From: Candidatus Cloacimonadota bacterium
GTDB taxonomy: Bacteria > Cloacimonadota > Cloacimonadia > G963667145
Assembly (NCBI GenBank): GCA_963676615.1
Contig: OY781092.1
Coordinates: 928,001 to 992,000, forward strand
Length of the DNA: 64,000 bases
Direction: 5' to 3'
The translations under genes and the position numbers were made by a program. Positions 20,767 through 30,892 of this stretch are shown piece after piece. The first letter of the stretch is position 1, and every line of letters starts with the position of its first letter. Under the pieces are notes generated by a model. The model was given only the letters and a program-made list of their open reading frames with translations, searched no databases and was not told the origin of the DNA.

Positions 20767-20800
20767 AAAAGAAGTCCCCCACAATGTGAGAGACTTTCTT
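20767..20800 (-). terminator. Probable terminator after ftcD
   Basis: AAGTCTCTCAC-loop-GTGGGGGACTT then CTTTT on minus strand. Confidence 0.6.
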
Positions 20801-20879
20801 AGCTACTTATCCGACAGTTGATTACTCTGTCTTCTTCATACTTAATTTACCAAAATAGCGCCAACCTTTTTTGTTTTTT

Positions 20880-21728
20880 TCAATACTTTAATAGTTTTAC
20901 GCTCTCTTTTCCTAAACCAAGCACCTCATAATCTTCATCAGCCAGAGCGTCGCTGGGCAAAAGTCCAATAACTTCCGTCTCCAGCTTAATGCCAAGACCT
21001 GCTACAAATCTTGCGATTTCGTCGTAGATTTTTCGAGGAGAAGTTTTGCGATAATCGGTGAGGTTCATCGATACCTGCACCTTTTTTTGCTTCGGCAGAT
21101 ACAGCCCCAGAGCCTTCACTCCCACAAAACCGCCACTAGACTCCCGTATACGCCGCGCGATTTTTTTGGCAAGCGGCAACTCGGCGCCCAAAAGATTCAC
21201 ATTAAACGCAATGAGCAAATCTCGAGCAGAAATCGCCACAGCGCCTGCAGTTTTGTGCGGCATATCGCCCACAGTAAACTGGCAGCTATCTAGCCCCGCA
21301 AAGCCGTTTTTGCGGAAATTCGCCAGCACATTTTTTTCGTCGTTATAGTTGTAAAAAAGCGACGGCAAAGCAAACTCGCTCCACAAAACTGACGCTAGGT
21401 GCTGCGCAAACTCTTTTGCATCAAGCAAACTAGCGTTTTGCAGCGGAACAATCGGCAAAACATCAAGCGCCCCAACGCACGGATGCACGCCGCAATGGCT
21501 GCGCATATCGATATTTGCTATAGCTTTCCGCGCCAGATTTAGCAACGATTTTTCCAGCTGCGGCTTCGTCCCCACGAGCGTGAAAACCGAGCGATTATGA
21601 TCTGCATCCGCCGAAAAATCGAGCAACTGAGCTCCGCCAGAAACTATCGCTTCGGCAAAAATCTTTATCTTTGCAGCATCTTTCCCCTGTGAAAGATTTG
21701 GGACAGCCTCAAAAAGTTGTTCAGGCAT
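20880..21728 (-). CDS. ftcD: Glutamate formiminotransferase (no cyclodeaminase domain)
   Basis: EAVPNLSQG, DADHNRSVFT, IDMRSHCGVHPCVGALDV, VQVSMNL. Confidence 0.92.
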   Translation of the reverse strand: MPEQLFEAVPNLSQGKDAAKIKIFAEAIVSGGAQLLDFSADADHNRSVFTLVGTKPQLEKSLLNLARKAIANIDMRSHCGVHPCVGALDVLPIVPLQNASLLDAKEFAQHLASVLWSEFALPSLFYNYNDEKNVLANFRKNGFAGLDSCQFTVGDMPHKTAGAVAISARDLLIAFNVNLLGAELPLAKKIARRIRESSGGFVGVKALGLYLPKQKKVQVSMNLTDYRKTSPRKIYDEIARFVAGLGIKLETEVIGLLPSDALADEDYEVLGLGKESVKLLKY

Positions 21729-22941
21729 CTAACTTTGATTTCAGGCGCTTACCTATCTCCTGCAAAAACCCTTCGGCAGTAGCCACCTTTTTCGGCTTCG
21801 GCTGCGCAAAAATCGCCAGTTCTCCAGTCATTACTCCTGCCTCAATCGTTGCCACTGTTGCACTTTCCAGAGCTTTCGCAAATTTAACAAGCTCCGCATT
21901 TCCGTCCATTTCGCCCCTTTTCGCCAAAGCTCCGCTCCAAGCAAAAATCAAAGCCGTCGAATTGATCGAGACCTCTTCGCCCTGCAGATGCTTATAATAC
22001 AAATCTTGCACCGTTCCGTGCGCGGCGTCGTAAAGAAAATAGCCATACGGCGACACCAAAATCGAGCTCATCATCGCAAGAGATCCGTAGCTGGAAGCCA
22101 GCATATCGCTCATCACATCGCCGTCATAATTTTTGCAAGCCCACAAAAGACCGCCTTTACTCTGCATAATTTTGGCAATAGCCCCGTCGATCAAAAAATA
22201 GCGATACTCGATTCCCGCAGCGGCGAACTTTTGCTTGTATTCGTTTTCATATAAATCAGCAAAAACATCCATAAAATGGTGGTCGTAAACTTTAGAAATC
22301 GTGTCTTTGCTCGAAAACCAAAGGTCAACTTTTTGGTCGAGCGCATACTCGAAACAGCTTTTGGCAAAAGAGGTTATCGAGTTTGTCAGATTGTGCATCC
22401 CCTGCAAAACGCCCGTCGAGCTTCCATCAAATCGAGCGATCTCCTTCCTCGTCTGGTTGCCCGCATCGTCGGTAAAAACCAGCTCCGCTTTGCCAGGCTT
22501 GTCCACAAAAATCTCGGCGTTCTTATAAACATCGCCGTAAGCGTGCCGCCCAATGATAATCGGCTTCTGCCAGCTCCGCACAAACGGCTTCACATTTTTG
22601 ACGATAATCGGCTTGCGAAACACCGTGCCGTCCAAAATCGCACGAATCGTGCCGTTGGGGCTCTTCCACATTTTTTTCAAACCATACTCTTTTACCCGAG
22701 CGGCGTTCGGCGTAATCGTCGCATTTTTCACACCAACTTTGTGAATCTTCATCGCCTTTGCCGCGTCAAAAGTAACCTTATCGTCGGTGTCGTCCCGATT
22801 TTTCAGGTGCAAATCGTAATACTCCGTGTTCAAATCCACAAAAGGCTTAATCAAAATATCCTTTATCATCGGCCAAACCACGCGGGTCATCTCGTCGCCG
22901 TCCATCTCCACAATCGGATTTTGCATCACTATTTTTTTCAT
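21721..22941 (-). CDS. icd: Type II homodimeric isocitrate dehydrogenase (possibly NAD-specific)
   Basis: VEMDGDEMTR, SPNGTIR, GRHAYGD, KNYDGDVMSD; coenzyme motif AAHGTVQDLY. Confidence 0.95.
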   Translation of the reverse strand: MKKIVMQNPIVEMDGDEMTRVVWPMIKDILIKPFVDLNTEYYDLHLKNRDDTDDKVTFDAAKAMKIHKVGVKNATITPNAARVKEYGLKKMWKSPNGTIRAILDGTVFRKPIIVKNVKPFVRSWQKPIIIGRHAYGDVYKNAEIFVDKPGKAELVFTDDAGNQTRKEIARFDGSSTGVLQGMHNLTNSITSFAKSCFEYALDQKVDLWFSSKDTISKVYDHHFMDVFADLYENEYKQKFAAAGIEYRYFLIDGAIAKIMQSKGGLLWACKNYDGDVMSDMLASSYGSLAMMSSILVSPYGYFLYDAAHGTVQDLYYKHLQGEEVSINSTALIFAWSGALAKRGEMDGNAELVKFAKALESATVATIEAGVMTGELAIFAQPKPKKVATAEGFLQEIGKRLKSKLDA

Positions 22942-22977
22942 CGTTCAAAAAACTCCTTGTAATATTTTCATAAAAAA

Positions 22978-23904
22978 TTAAAAAGCCAGCCGAAACTCTA
23001 AGCCAGAAGTGTAGCCATAATCAGAATTAGCAGCTTGGTTTTGCTCATTACTGTCTTCGTCGTCATCGTCCGAGCCAGCACCCATTTGCCAAAAATAAAC
23101 TCCAAGCCATGGTTTGACAAAACAATCTTCCCAAAACTCGATTCTCGGACCAAACTCCATTCCAAATTTTATCAACACTCCCACTTTTGCCCAAGCAACC
23201 TCTCCACCTCCGCCGTAATCGAATTTTAGCCACGAAATTTCAGTAAAAGGCGAAGCTTTATCACAATAACTGGCAGAAAAAACCGCTCCCGTGTAGTTCG
23301 AGACCTCCTCGACAGAGTAATCTGGGCTAGTTTCGGTCGAAGTTGCCATTTTCTCAAGTCCCAAAATCTCAAAATTCGACAACCCTGCGCCAATCAGAAC
23401 TTCCTTAAAAATCCATTTCAGCTGCAATGTCGTATATTTCGTCTCCAAATTGAAAGTTTCTCCAATCTGCATCAATTTATTTTTGCGATAAAATCCTCGA
23501 TTCCACTCAACTACACCTTTCGCCCGAAACACAGCTTGATAAAAAACAACCTGCGGAATAGAACTTTCTGGAACTCCCCAAAAAATCTGCAAAAACGACA
23601 AACTATTCTCAAAATTGTTATGCTTTTCCCGCTGTGTCGGCACAAATCCGTCTGTCGAAAAAAGTTCAACCGCAATAGTGGACACCCAATTTGGGAAAAG
23701 CGACAACTCCAAAAAAGCTCTCGAAGAGTTTGAACTGATTTTATTGTCAACCAACGACCAGCCGTCGCTTCCAAAAAGCATAACATTATGCAACTCTGTC
23801 TGCTCCAACGAATATTCAAATTGAAAATACCGCCGCTTTTGCTCTTCGGAGTTTAAAAAACCAAAGACGCCAAAAAGCGAAATTAAAGCTAAAAATTTCC
23901 TCAT
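22978..23904 (-). CDS. Hypothetical exported protein, possible outer-membrane beta-barrel
   Basis: Signal-peptide-like N-terminus, alternating aromatic strands, C-terminal GLEFRLAF. Confidence 0.5.
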   Translation of the reverse strand: MRKFLALISLFGVFGFLNSEEQKRRYFQFEYSLEQTELHNVMLFGSDGWSLVDNKISSNSSRAFLELSLFPNWVSTIAVELFSTDGFVPTQREKHNNFENSLSFLQIFWGVPESSIPQVVFYQAVFRAKGVVEWNRGFYRKNKLMQIGETFNLETKYTTLQLKWIFKEVLIGAGLSNFEILGLEKMATSTETSPDYSVEEVSNYTGAVFSASYCDKASPFTEISWLKFDYGGGGEVAWAKVGVLIKFGMEFGPRIEFWEDCFVKPWLGVYFWQMGAGSDDDDEDSNEQNQAANSDYGYTSGLEFRLAF

Positions 23905-24338
23905 TCTCTTGAGAAACTCGGCGTAATCGTCAATTCATCGTCGTCGTTCAAAACAGCTTGAAAAACCTCGCCCGCTTTCAGCCAAATTTTTTTGCCATTC
24001 CAAAAATTGTCATCCTCTTCCTTCCAAAGAATGTAAACATAATCGTAGTTGTCATACTGCACATGCGAGCTCCAATCATAGACAAAAGTGCAAGAATCAC
24101 GCGAGCTAACGACCTTCGTCTGGGATACGACATCGTCCTCTCTGCGACTGCCACCAAAAAACTCTTTCTGCAAAAAAAACGAAATATCCTTACGCCGATT
24201 AAACCTCTCTATTCTCTGATTATGAACAACCAACTCTGCGGAGTGGGTATATTTATCGTCCTCAACAAAAAAAGGAAAATCGCAACCAGAAAAACACAGA
24301 AAAATCAGAAGAAAAAAGAACCGCTTAATCTGCTTCAT
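23901..24338 (-). CDS. Hypothetical lipoprotein
   Basis: Lipobox FSGC after hydrophobic stretch; ATGA overlap with downstream gene. Confidence 0.65.
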   Translation of the reverse strand: MKQIKRFFFLLIFLCFSGCDFPFFVEDDKYTHSAELVVHNQRIERFNRRKDISFFLQKEFFGGSRREDDVVSQTKVVSSRDSCTFVYDWSSHVQYDNYDYVYILWKEEDDNFWNGKKIWLKAGEVFQAVLNDDDELTITPSFSRE

Positions 24339-24347
24339 TATGCTAGT

Positions 24348-25655
24348 TTATTCAACTCCATACTGTATCAAATTTCTAAAATCTTTATCCGCTCTATAGT
24401 CGTAAAAATCGATATCGGTTTTTGCATTTTTCCGCACAAACTCAGCATCAACCTTAATAGCTTTTTTCAAATATCTTATCATTGATCTTTTCTGCTTTAG
24501 CCTTGAATAATAACAAGCGATATTATACAACGACACAATATTTTGGGGATCGATTTTCAAAACTTTAATATTGTATCTGTTAGCCTTTTTATACTCGCCC
24601 AATTCTGCATAACACGCCCCCATATTGTTCCAAATCGTGATGTTTTTTTCGGGCTTCAAGTCCAAATCCAAATATTTTTGAAAATACTCAAGCCCCAATT
24701 TAGGTCTAGCAGTAAAGAAATAAATATCGCCCATCATCGAGTAAACCTCGGGATAATAACTCTCATTTTTTGATTCGAGCACTTTATTAAAAAAGTAAAG
24801 GGCGTCATCAAATTTTGACAAATTATAGCAATATTTTCCCCAATAAAAATCTTGTCTTGCCTTAAAAGCGTCGATTTTTTTTGCTTTTGCCAAAGTTTTA
24901 TCGAAATTTACACTATCTTTTTCTATAAAATAAATGCCTCCAAAAGCTGTATAAGCGAGCAAGCTATCTTCTGCATTTTCTGCATATTTCAAAGATATTT
25001 CGGTCTCTTCCAAAGCTTTCTTGAACTCTTCCATAGCAAAATAAGCGTAGCCTATCATATGATAAGCTAAAAACTCTTTGGGATCTATGGCTTTGGCTTT
25101 CTCAAAATATTCCAGCGCACTTTTATAGGCTCCTAGAGAATAATAGTAAAATCCTATTTTGTAAAAAGGATAAAAACTGTCTTTGGCTTTCTTGGATGCA
25201 ACCTTCATCTCCTTAATGGCATTTTTTATGTAACCAAGCTCCGCCAAAACATCAGCCAAATAGATATTAACCTCCGCAGAACAGCTATCCTCTTTGCGCA
25301 ATTCAAGCAAAATCTCGGCACTATTCCCATATTCCCCAAGCAAAAAGTAAGATTTAGCCTCAAGAAGCTTTAAAAAACTCGGATTTATTTCTTCAAAATC
25401 TTCGTCATCCAAATCATCAATAACCGCTTTATAATCACCTTGATAATACTTGGCAACTATCAGCAAAACTTTGCCATACTCTCCATCTGGATTTAATTTT
25501 AAAGCTTCTCTAAACAGACTTTCTGCTTGGCTATACTCTCCCGTTTCAAACTTATCAATCCCTTGATTTATAAGCTCAATCACCGCAGGAGAGTTGCTGG
25601 CAAACAGAAGAAAAACTTGCAAGAAAAGCAACAAAAACAGCGATATTTTCTTCAT
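24348..25655 (-). CDS. Exported tetratricopeptide-repeat protein
   Basis: Signal peptide, many TPR units, terminal YNIACYYS...LKKAI...D.DF motif. Confidence 0.85.
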   Translation of the reverse strand: MKKISLFLLLFLQVFLLFASNSPAVIELINQGIDKFETGEYSQAESLFREALKLNPDGEYGKVLLIVAKYYQGDYKAVIDDLDDEDFEEINPSFLKLLEAKSYFLLGEYGNSAEILLELRKEDSCSAEVNIYLADVLAELGYIKNAIKEMKVASKKAKDSFYPFYKIGFYYYSLGAYKSALEYFEKAKAIDPKEFLAYHMIGYAYFAMEEFKKALEETEISLKYAENAEDSLLAYTAFGGIYFIEKDSVNFDKTLAKAKKIDAFKARQDFYWGKYCYNLSKFDDALYFFNKVLESKNESYYPEVYSMMGDIYFFTARPKLGLEYFQKYLDLDLKPEKNITIWNNMGACYAELGEYKKANRYNIKVLKIDPQNIVSLYNIACYYSRLKQKRSMIRYLKKAIKVDAEFVRKNAKTDIDFYDYRADKDFRNLIQYGVE

Positions 25656-25682
25656 AATTTCCACCCAATTTTATCTAACAAT

Positions 25683-26969
25683 CTAACTTTTCCTCTCGTC
25701 GAGCATCACCTCGATCATCGCCTTGTCCGCTGGATAAAGCCCCTTGTTGCTCACTTTCCCCAGATTATGAATGGTGTCCTCCAAAGTTTCAGCGATAATG
25801 CCGTCGCCCGCTTTGATAATCGTCTCTTTGGACGCAAAAAGCGCACTCGCCACCGAGAAATACGCCGCTGTCGAAAGTTTGAGCGCACAACCGTCTTTCG
25901 CGCCATCGCAAAGCATTCCCGCAACATTACCAAAAACATTTTTCACCGCACCTTCGATATGCTGGCGGCTTCCTCCCATAAGCCAAACCAAACCCGCAGA
26001 ACTCGACGCTCCAGCCGACACTCCGCACGAGCAAATCGGCGACAATCTGCCAATGCTGTTTTTAACATAAGCGTTCACCAGATGCGAAATAGCTATCGCT
26101 TTTGCCAAATTCTCGTCGGACGGATGATAAATTTTCGCATAAGCCACCAGCGGCATAATCGCTGTGATGCCATTGTTGCCGCTACCGTTGGAACTCATCA
26201 CCGGCACGCTCGCCCCCGACATCCTCACATCAGCCGCAGCCGCTGTATATTCCGAGGCAATCGTCGGCAAATGGTTGCCAATTCTGCCCTCTTCCACCAG
26301 CTCCTTAATCGTGTGTCCAACCGCCATTCCCATTCGCTGCGAAAGCCCAATCTTCGCCACCGACTCGTTCATCCGCGCACCATCCAGCATAAACAAAATC
26401 TCTTCAGCAGGAATTTGCTCGATCACCTTAATCAAATCGTAAACATCCTCCTCAAAAATCTTGGCAAATTTATTGGCGCCGCTCTGGTTATTTCCGCTGG
26501 ATTTTTGCAAAATCGTCAAATCGTCCACAGGACCGTAATCGGTAAAATTGTCGTGCAAATCTTGAATCGTCGCCTGCAAATTTTTGCCGCCAGCGCTAAC
26601 AATCACCTGAATATAAACCTTCTTGTCCGTATCGGCGATGCTCACCTTTATCTTCGGCAGCGAACTTTTCAGCTCTGGAATTTTCGCATCGTCCACATTT
26701 CGCAGCACCTGAAGCCCCGCTTCTGCATCTCCTTGCCAAAATCCCAAAAGCCCCGCAACATCCAATCCAGTAAAACTTGTGTGCGGAATGCCCACGGCAA
26801 GACCGTTTTTGAAAATGTTCGCACTCAAAATAATCTGCATCTGCTCAAAATCGTCAGAATCGCAAAATTCTCGCACCTTCGCCGCAGCCAAAGCCACCGC
26901 TATCGGCTCCGTGCACCCCATAGCTGGTTTTACCTCTTGTTTCAAAAGCTCCAAAATCAGATTTTTCAT
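25683..26969 (-). CDS. UPF0597/YhaM serine-dehydratase-alpha-like protein (putative L-cysteine desulfidase)
   Basis: PAMGCTEP, SNGSGNNG, LSPICSC, GMLCDGAK.GCALK. Confidence 0.88.
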   Translation of the reverse strand: MKNLILELLKQEVKPAMGCTEPIAVALAAAKVREFCDSDDFEQMQIILSANIFKNGLAVGIPHTSFTGLDVAGLLGFWQGDAEAGLQVLRNVDDAKIPELKSSLPKIKVSIADTDKKVYIQVIVSAGGKNLQATIQDLHDNFTDYGPVDDLTILQKSSGNNQSGANKFAKIFEEDVYDLIKVIEQIPAEEILFMLDGARMNESVAKIGLSQRMGMAVGHTIKELVEEGRIGNHLPTIASEYTAAAADVRMSGASVPVMSSNGSGNNGITAIMPLVAYAKIYHPSDENLAKAIAISHLVNAYVKNSIGRLSPICSCGVSAGASSSAGLVWLMGGSRQHIEGAVKNVFGNVAGMLCDGAKDGCALKLSTAAYFSVASALFASKETIIKAGDGIIAETLEDTIHNLGKVSNKGLYPADKAMIEVMLDERKS

Positions 26970-26998
26970 CTTCTTACCTCCTCAATAATTACCTTCGT

Positions 26999-27451
26999 TC
27001 ACAACGACAACAAATAACCAATCACGCTCGCCACATAAAAACTAAGCCCTACCACCAAACTGACCAGCGCAAGGCGATATTTAAAAGTCCGTGAGTCGCG
27101 TCTTCTAAAATAGATCGAAAAAACTTCGTCCATTTCCAAACAGCCAGGATTGTTCATCCATTTGGGATAAATCGGTCCCAAAAGCAAAAAAAGAACCGAC
27201 AAAATCACAAAAATGAGCCCGATGGCAATCGTCACCCGAGCAAAAGCGCTCGATGCCGCAATCCGTGGACCAGAAAATCCCGTAATCGTCAAACTGATCG
27301 TCGCCAAACCCACGATGCTCTGCGAATAGCTGTAAATCGCCTGAAAATCAGCTTTTAGCATTTTGTAAATTTTGTGATAAAATGGATCGTCCAAAACATC
27401 CCGCAAAAAATCCATCTCTTTTTGCGACGAGCAGTCTTTGCTTTTCATCAT
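26999..27451 (-). CDS. Hypothetical membrane protein (3 TM)
   Basis: Three hydrophobic segments; ATGA overlap with aconitase stop. Confidence 0.7.
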   Translation of the reverse strand: MMKSKDCSSQKEMDFLRDVLDDPFYHKIYKMLKADFQAIYSYSQSIVGLATISLTITGFSGPRIAASSAFARVTIAIGLIFVILSVLFLLLGPIYPKWMNNPGCLEMDEVFSIYFRRRDSRTFKYRLALVSLVVGLSFYVASVIGYLLSL

Positions 27452-29358
27452 TTTTTCGACTTCACCCAAGCCAATTTTCCACCAGCTTTCAAAATCTCGG
27501 CATCCAATTCCGACAGCGCGTGAGCCAGCTCTATTTTTGCCTTTCCTGCCTGCAAATAGATTTTTTTTGCCGAAAGATCGTCGATCTGGACAGAAATTTC
27601 TTCGCCTTGTTTCAATTTGTCGTAATCGCTTGAGTTTGCAAAAGTTAGCGGAACAATCCCAAAGTTGATAAGATTGGCGAGATGGATGCGCGCAAAACTT
27701 TTGGCAATCACCGCTTTCACACCCAAAAATTTCGGCGCCAACGCCGCATGCTCTCGGCTTGAGCCTTGACCATAATTTTCGCCAGCCAAGATAAATCCGC
27801 CATTTTCCGCCAAAGCTCTGGCGGCAAAACTCTCGTCCACCACCTCGAAAACATGCTTGGAAATCTCAGGGATATTCGAACGAAGCGGCAAAATTTTTGC
27901 GCCAGCGGGCATAATGTGGTCGGTGGTGATGTTGTCCTCAAGCTTGAGCAAAATCTTCCCTTGCAAAACATCGGGAAGCGCCGTAAATTCGGGCAAAGCA
28001 ACAATGTTCGGTCCTCGCAAAATCTGCACATTCTTGCCATTTTGCGGCGGAATTATCATATTGTCGTTGATTTTGAACTTTTTGGGCAAACTAAACTGCG
28101 GGTAGTCCATTTGCAAAGTTCGTGGATCGGTGAATTTGCCTGCCAGCGCCGTCGCTACTGCTGTTTCTGGCGAAACAAGGTAAACGGCAGCATCTTTCGT
28201 GCCGCTTCTGCCAAAAAAGTTGCGATTGTATGTCCGCACACTCACTGCCGAACTCGAGGGAGCTGCACCCATTCCAATGCACGCCCCACAAGCGTTCTCC
28301 ATAATTCTTGCGCCACTGCGAACTATCTGCGAAAATTTCCTCTCGTCAATCAAATGGTCTAGCACCTGCCGACTTCCCGGGTTTATCACCAGATGTAATT
28401 CTGGGCTAATCGTCTGCCCAGCCAGCACATCTGCCACCACAGACAAATCCCGCAGCGACGAGTTGGTGCAAGAGCCGATGCCCACTTGCTGCACGCTCAT
28501 TCCCGCAAGCTCACGCACCGTCTTGACAATGCCAGGGCTGTGCGGACAAGCCGCAAGCGGTTCAAGCTCGTCCAACTGAATGCTCAAAATTTTATCGTAG
28601 TGCACATCCGCATCGGGCAAAAGCTCGCACCACTGCTCACCTCTGCCTTGCGCCTGCAAAAACTCTTTCGTCAGCTCATCCGACGGAAAAATCGAAGTGG
28701 TGCACCCCGTTTCTGTGCCCATATTCGTAATTGTCGCCCTGTCTGGCACGCTCAGATTTTTCACTCCATCGCCAAAATATTCGATGATATAGCCAACACC
28801 GCCTTTCACATCAATCTGGCGAAGCACCTCCAAAATCACATCTTTGGCACTCACCCAATCGGGCAGCTTTCCCTTCAGCTCAACACCCATAATTTTTGGA
28901 TATTTGATGTTAAAGCTTTGCCCAGCCATCGCCATAGCTACATCCAGACCGCCTGCACCCATAGCCAGCGAACCCACTCCGCCAGCTGTTGGCGTGTGCG
29001 AATCCGAACCAATCAGCGTTTTCCCAGGAGCAGCAAACCTCTCCAAATGCACTTGGTGGCAAATTCCGTTGCCGGGACGAGAAAAATACAGCCCATACTT
29101 AGCGGCGACCGACTGCAAATATCGATGATCGTCGGCGTTGCGAAAATCGGACTGAATAGTGTTGTGATCGACATAGCTCACCGACAACTCCGTCTGCACC
29201 CGTGGCACACCCATAGCCTCAAACTGCAAATACGCCGCCGTCCCCGTGGCGTCCTGCGTCAGCGTCTGGTCGATCCGCAAAGCGACCTCTTGCCCAATCT
29301 CCTGCTTTCCCTGTAAAATATGCTCTCTGATAATTTTTTGCGCAATACTCAAACCCAT
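27448..29358 (-). CDS. Aconitate hydratase (single-chain Aquifex-type aconitase family)
   Basis: QDATGT, DHN, GSDSHT, GSCTN, CGACIG, TTDHI, GQGSSREHA, SFARIH. Confidence 0.92.
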   Translation of the reverse strand: MGLSIAQKIIREHILQGKQEIGQEVALRIDQTLTQDATGTAAYLQFEAMGVPRVQTELSVSYVDHNTIQSDFRNADDHRYLQSVAAKYGLYFSRPGNGICHQVHLERFAAPGKTLIGSDSHTPTAGGVGSLAMGAGGLDVAMAMAGQSFNIKYPKIMGVELKGKLPDWVSAKDVILEVLRQIDVKGGVGYIIEYFGDGVKNLSVPDRATITNMGTETGCTTSIFPSDELTKEFLQAQGRGEQWCELLPDADVHYDKILSIQLDELEPLAACPHSPGIVKTVRELAGMSVQQVGIGSCTNSSLRDLSVVADVLAGQTISPELHLVINPGSRQVLDHLIDERKFSQIVRSGARIMENACGACIGMGAAPSSSAVSVRTYNRNFFGRSGTKDAAVYLVSPETAVATALAGKFTDPRTLQMDYPQFSLPKKFKINDNMIIPPQNGKNVQILRGPNIVALPEFTALPDVLQGKILLKLEDNITTDHIMPAGAKILPLRSNIPEISKHVFEVVDESFAARALAENGGFILAGENYGQGSSREHAALAPKFLGVKAVIAKSFARIHLANLINFGIVPLTFANSSDYDKLKQGEEISVQIDDLSAKKIYLQAGKAKIELAHALSELDAEILKAGGKLAWVKSKK

Positions 29359-29564
29359 TATATTCTCCTGATAAAAAAACTCAAAATTTTCCTTAACCCT
29401 TAGGTGGACAGTCTCTTTTTATTTTGATTTTTGGCAAGTAATTTAAAACTGAAAAATTGCACGATTTCGTCCTGCGAAGCAGATTTTCTCCTTATTTATT
29501 TTGGACAGCGACTTTGCAACAAAGCGAAAACTACGACACTTTCAGCGTGACTCTCTTTTTATTA

Positions 29565-30880
29565 GGCACTGTCCAAAAAAGTGTGTCTGCAGCAAAAAAA
29601 ACTAGACACAAAAAAAGAATCTCCAATTTTTATAAAAAAAAGAACAAAAAAGGAGATTCTTATGCGATTTAACGCAAGTCAACTACAAAAAATTTTAGAC
29701 GAAAATGTCAATGATTATGGCGCGAATAAATTGATCGAGTTCGTTTTTAACAGCCTTATGAAGCTGGAAAGACAGGCTTTTATGGCGGAAAACAAAAGCT
29801 CAAACAACAAAGGCAACGGCTATCGCAGCAGGTGTTTTTCATCTCTCAGCGGCAAAATTCAATTCAAAATTCCGCGCGACAGATTCGGTCAATTTTATCC
29901 ATTTATCTTGGAAATTTTGAAAAAGCAGGAGCAAGAAGTACGAGAATTGGCGTTTCAGCTGTATGCTAAAGGCTTGTCTACCAGAGACATAGAGAATGTT
30001 TTCGCAAATGTTTTTGGCACGAATTACAAAAAATCGACCATCAGCAATATCAGCCAAGAATTCAAAGAATTGTTGACAAATTGGCGAAATAGGCCGCTAG
30101 AAAAAAACTATCCGATTATTATGATTGACGCCATACATTCCAAATTGAGGCGGCTCGACAGTGTTGAAACTGAGGCGTTTTGCGTGGTTATCGGCGTCCG
30201 AGAGGACAAAAGTCGGGACATTTTGGCGCTCGAAAATATCCCGACCGAGAGCGCTGCTGGCTGGGAATTCTTGTTTAATCGCCTAAAATCGCGAGGCTTG
30301 CAAACGACAAAATTGGTCGTGGCTGACGGCCTTGTTGGGCTGGAAAATGTGGTGAGCAAAGTTTTTAAAAATGCGAAATTTCAAAAGTGTGTAACTCACT
30401 TTAAAAGAAGTCTATTAGCTAAGGTCAGGAATAGTGATAAAAGCGAAATTAGCGACGATTTGAAGGAAATTTTTTGCGTCGGACAAGAACGCTATACGAA
30501 AGAAATTGCTTTGAAAAATTTGGATAATTTTGCGAAAAAATGGGGAGATAAGTATCGATTTACCAAGAAGTTATTAAACAGAGACGATGTCGTTTATTAT
30601 TTCACTTTTTTGGAGTTTGACCACAGAATTCAGCGGCTGATTTACACCACAAATTGGATCGAAAATTTGAATAAACAGTTTCGGAAAGTTTTGAAAATCA
30701 GGAACTCGATGCCCAGCGATGAGTCTGTGCTACTGCTGCTGAGCAAGGTCGCGATGGACAAGGTCGATAAATATCTGAATTATCCGATTTATCAATTTAA
30801 ATTTGACAAAATTTTGTTCCCAGAAAGTTAAGAAAATGGAAACCAAATTGGAGATTAGACACACTTTTTTGGACGGTGCC
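29565..30880 (+). mobile_element. IS256-family insertion sequence, complete (1316 bp)
   Basis: 24-bp terminal IRs GGCACTGTCCAAAAAAGTGTGTCT / AGACACACTTTTTTGGACGGTGCC (1 mismatch); 8-bp target duplication TTTTATTA at 29557-29564 and 30881-30888. Confidence 0.96.
29662..30831 (+). CDS. IS256-family (Mutator-like) DDE transposase
   Basis: NGY, IPRDR, LYAKGLSTRDI, DDE residues in MIDAI / VADGL / TTNWIENLN, QKCVTHF; ATG 29662 with AGGAG RBS. Confidence 0.96.
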   Translation: MRFNASQLQKILDENVNDYGANKLIEFVFNSLMKLERQAFMAENKSSNNKGNGYRSRCFSSLSGKIQFKIPRDRFGQFYPFILEILKKQEQEVRELAFQLYAKGLSTRDIENVFANVFGTNYKKSTISNISQEFKELLTNWRNRPLEKNYPIIMIDAIHSKLRRLDSVETEAFCVVIGVREDKSRDILALENIPTESAAGWEFLFNRLKSRGLQTTKLVVADGLVGLENVVSKVFKNAKFQKCVTHFKRSLLAKVRNSDKSEISDDLKEIFCVGQERYTKEIALKNLDNFAKKWGDKYRFTKKLLNRDDVVYYFTFLEFDHRIQRLIYTTNWIENLNKQFRKVLKIRNSMPSDESVLLLLSKVAMDKVDKYLNYPIYQFKFDKILFPES

Positions 30881-30892
30881 TTTTATTACCTT

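Noticed and set aside
29581..29661. N-terminal extensions in the ORF track (transposase, htpG, parB, pckA, dusB, tig, hisC)
   Set aside because: Downstream ATGs have RBSs or stop/start overlaps and match the family N-termini; the extensions overlap IRs, operators or neighbouring genes
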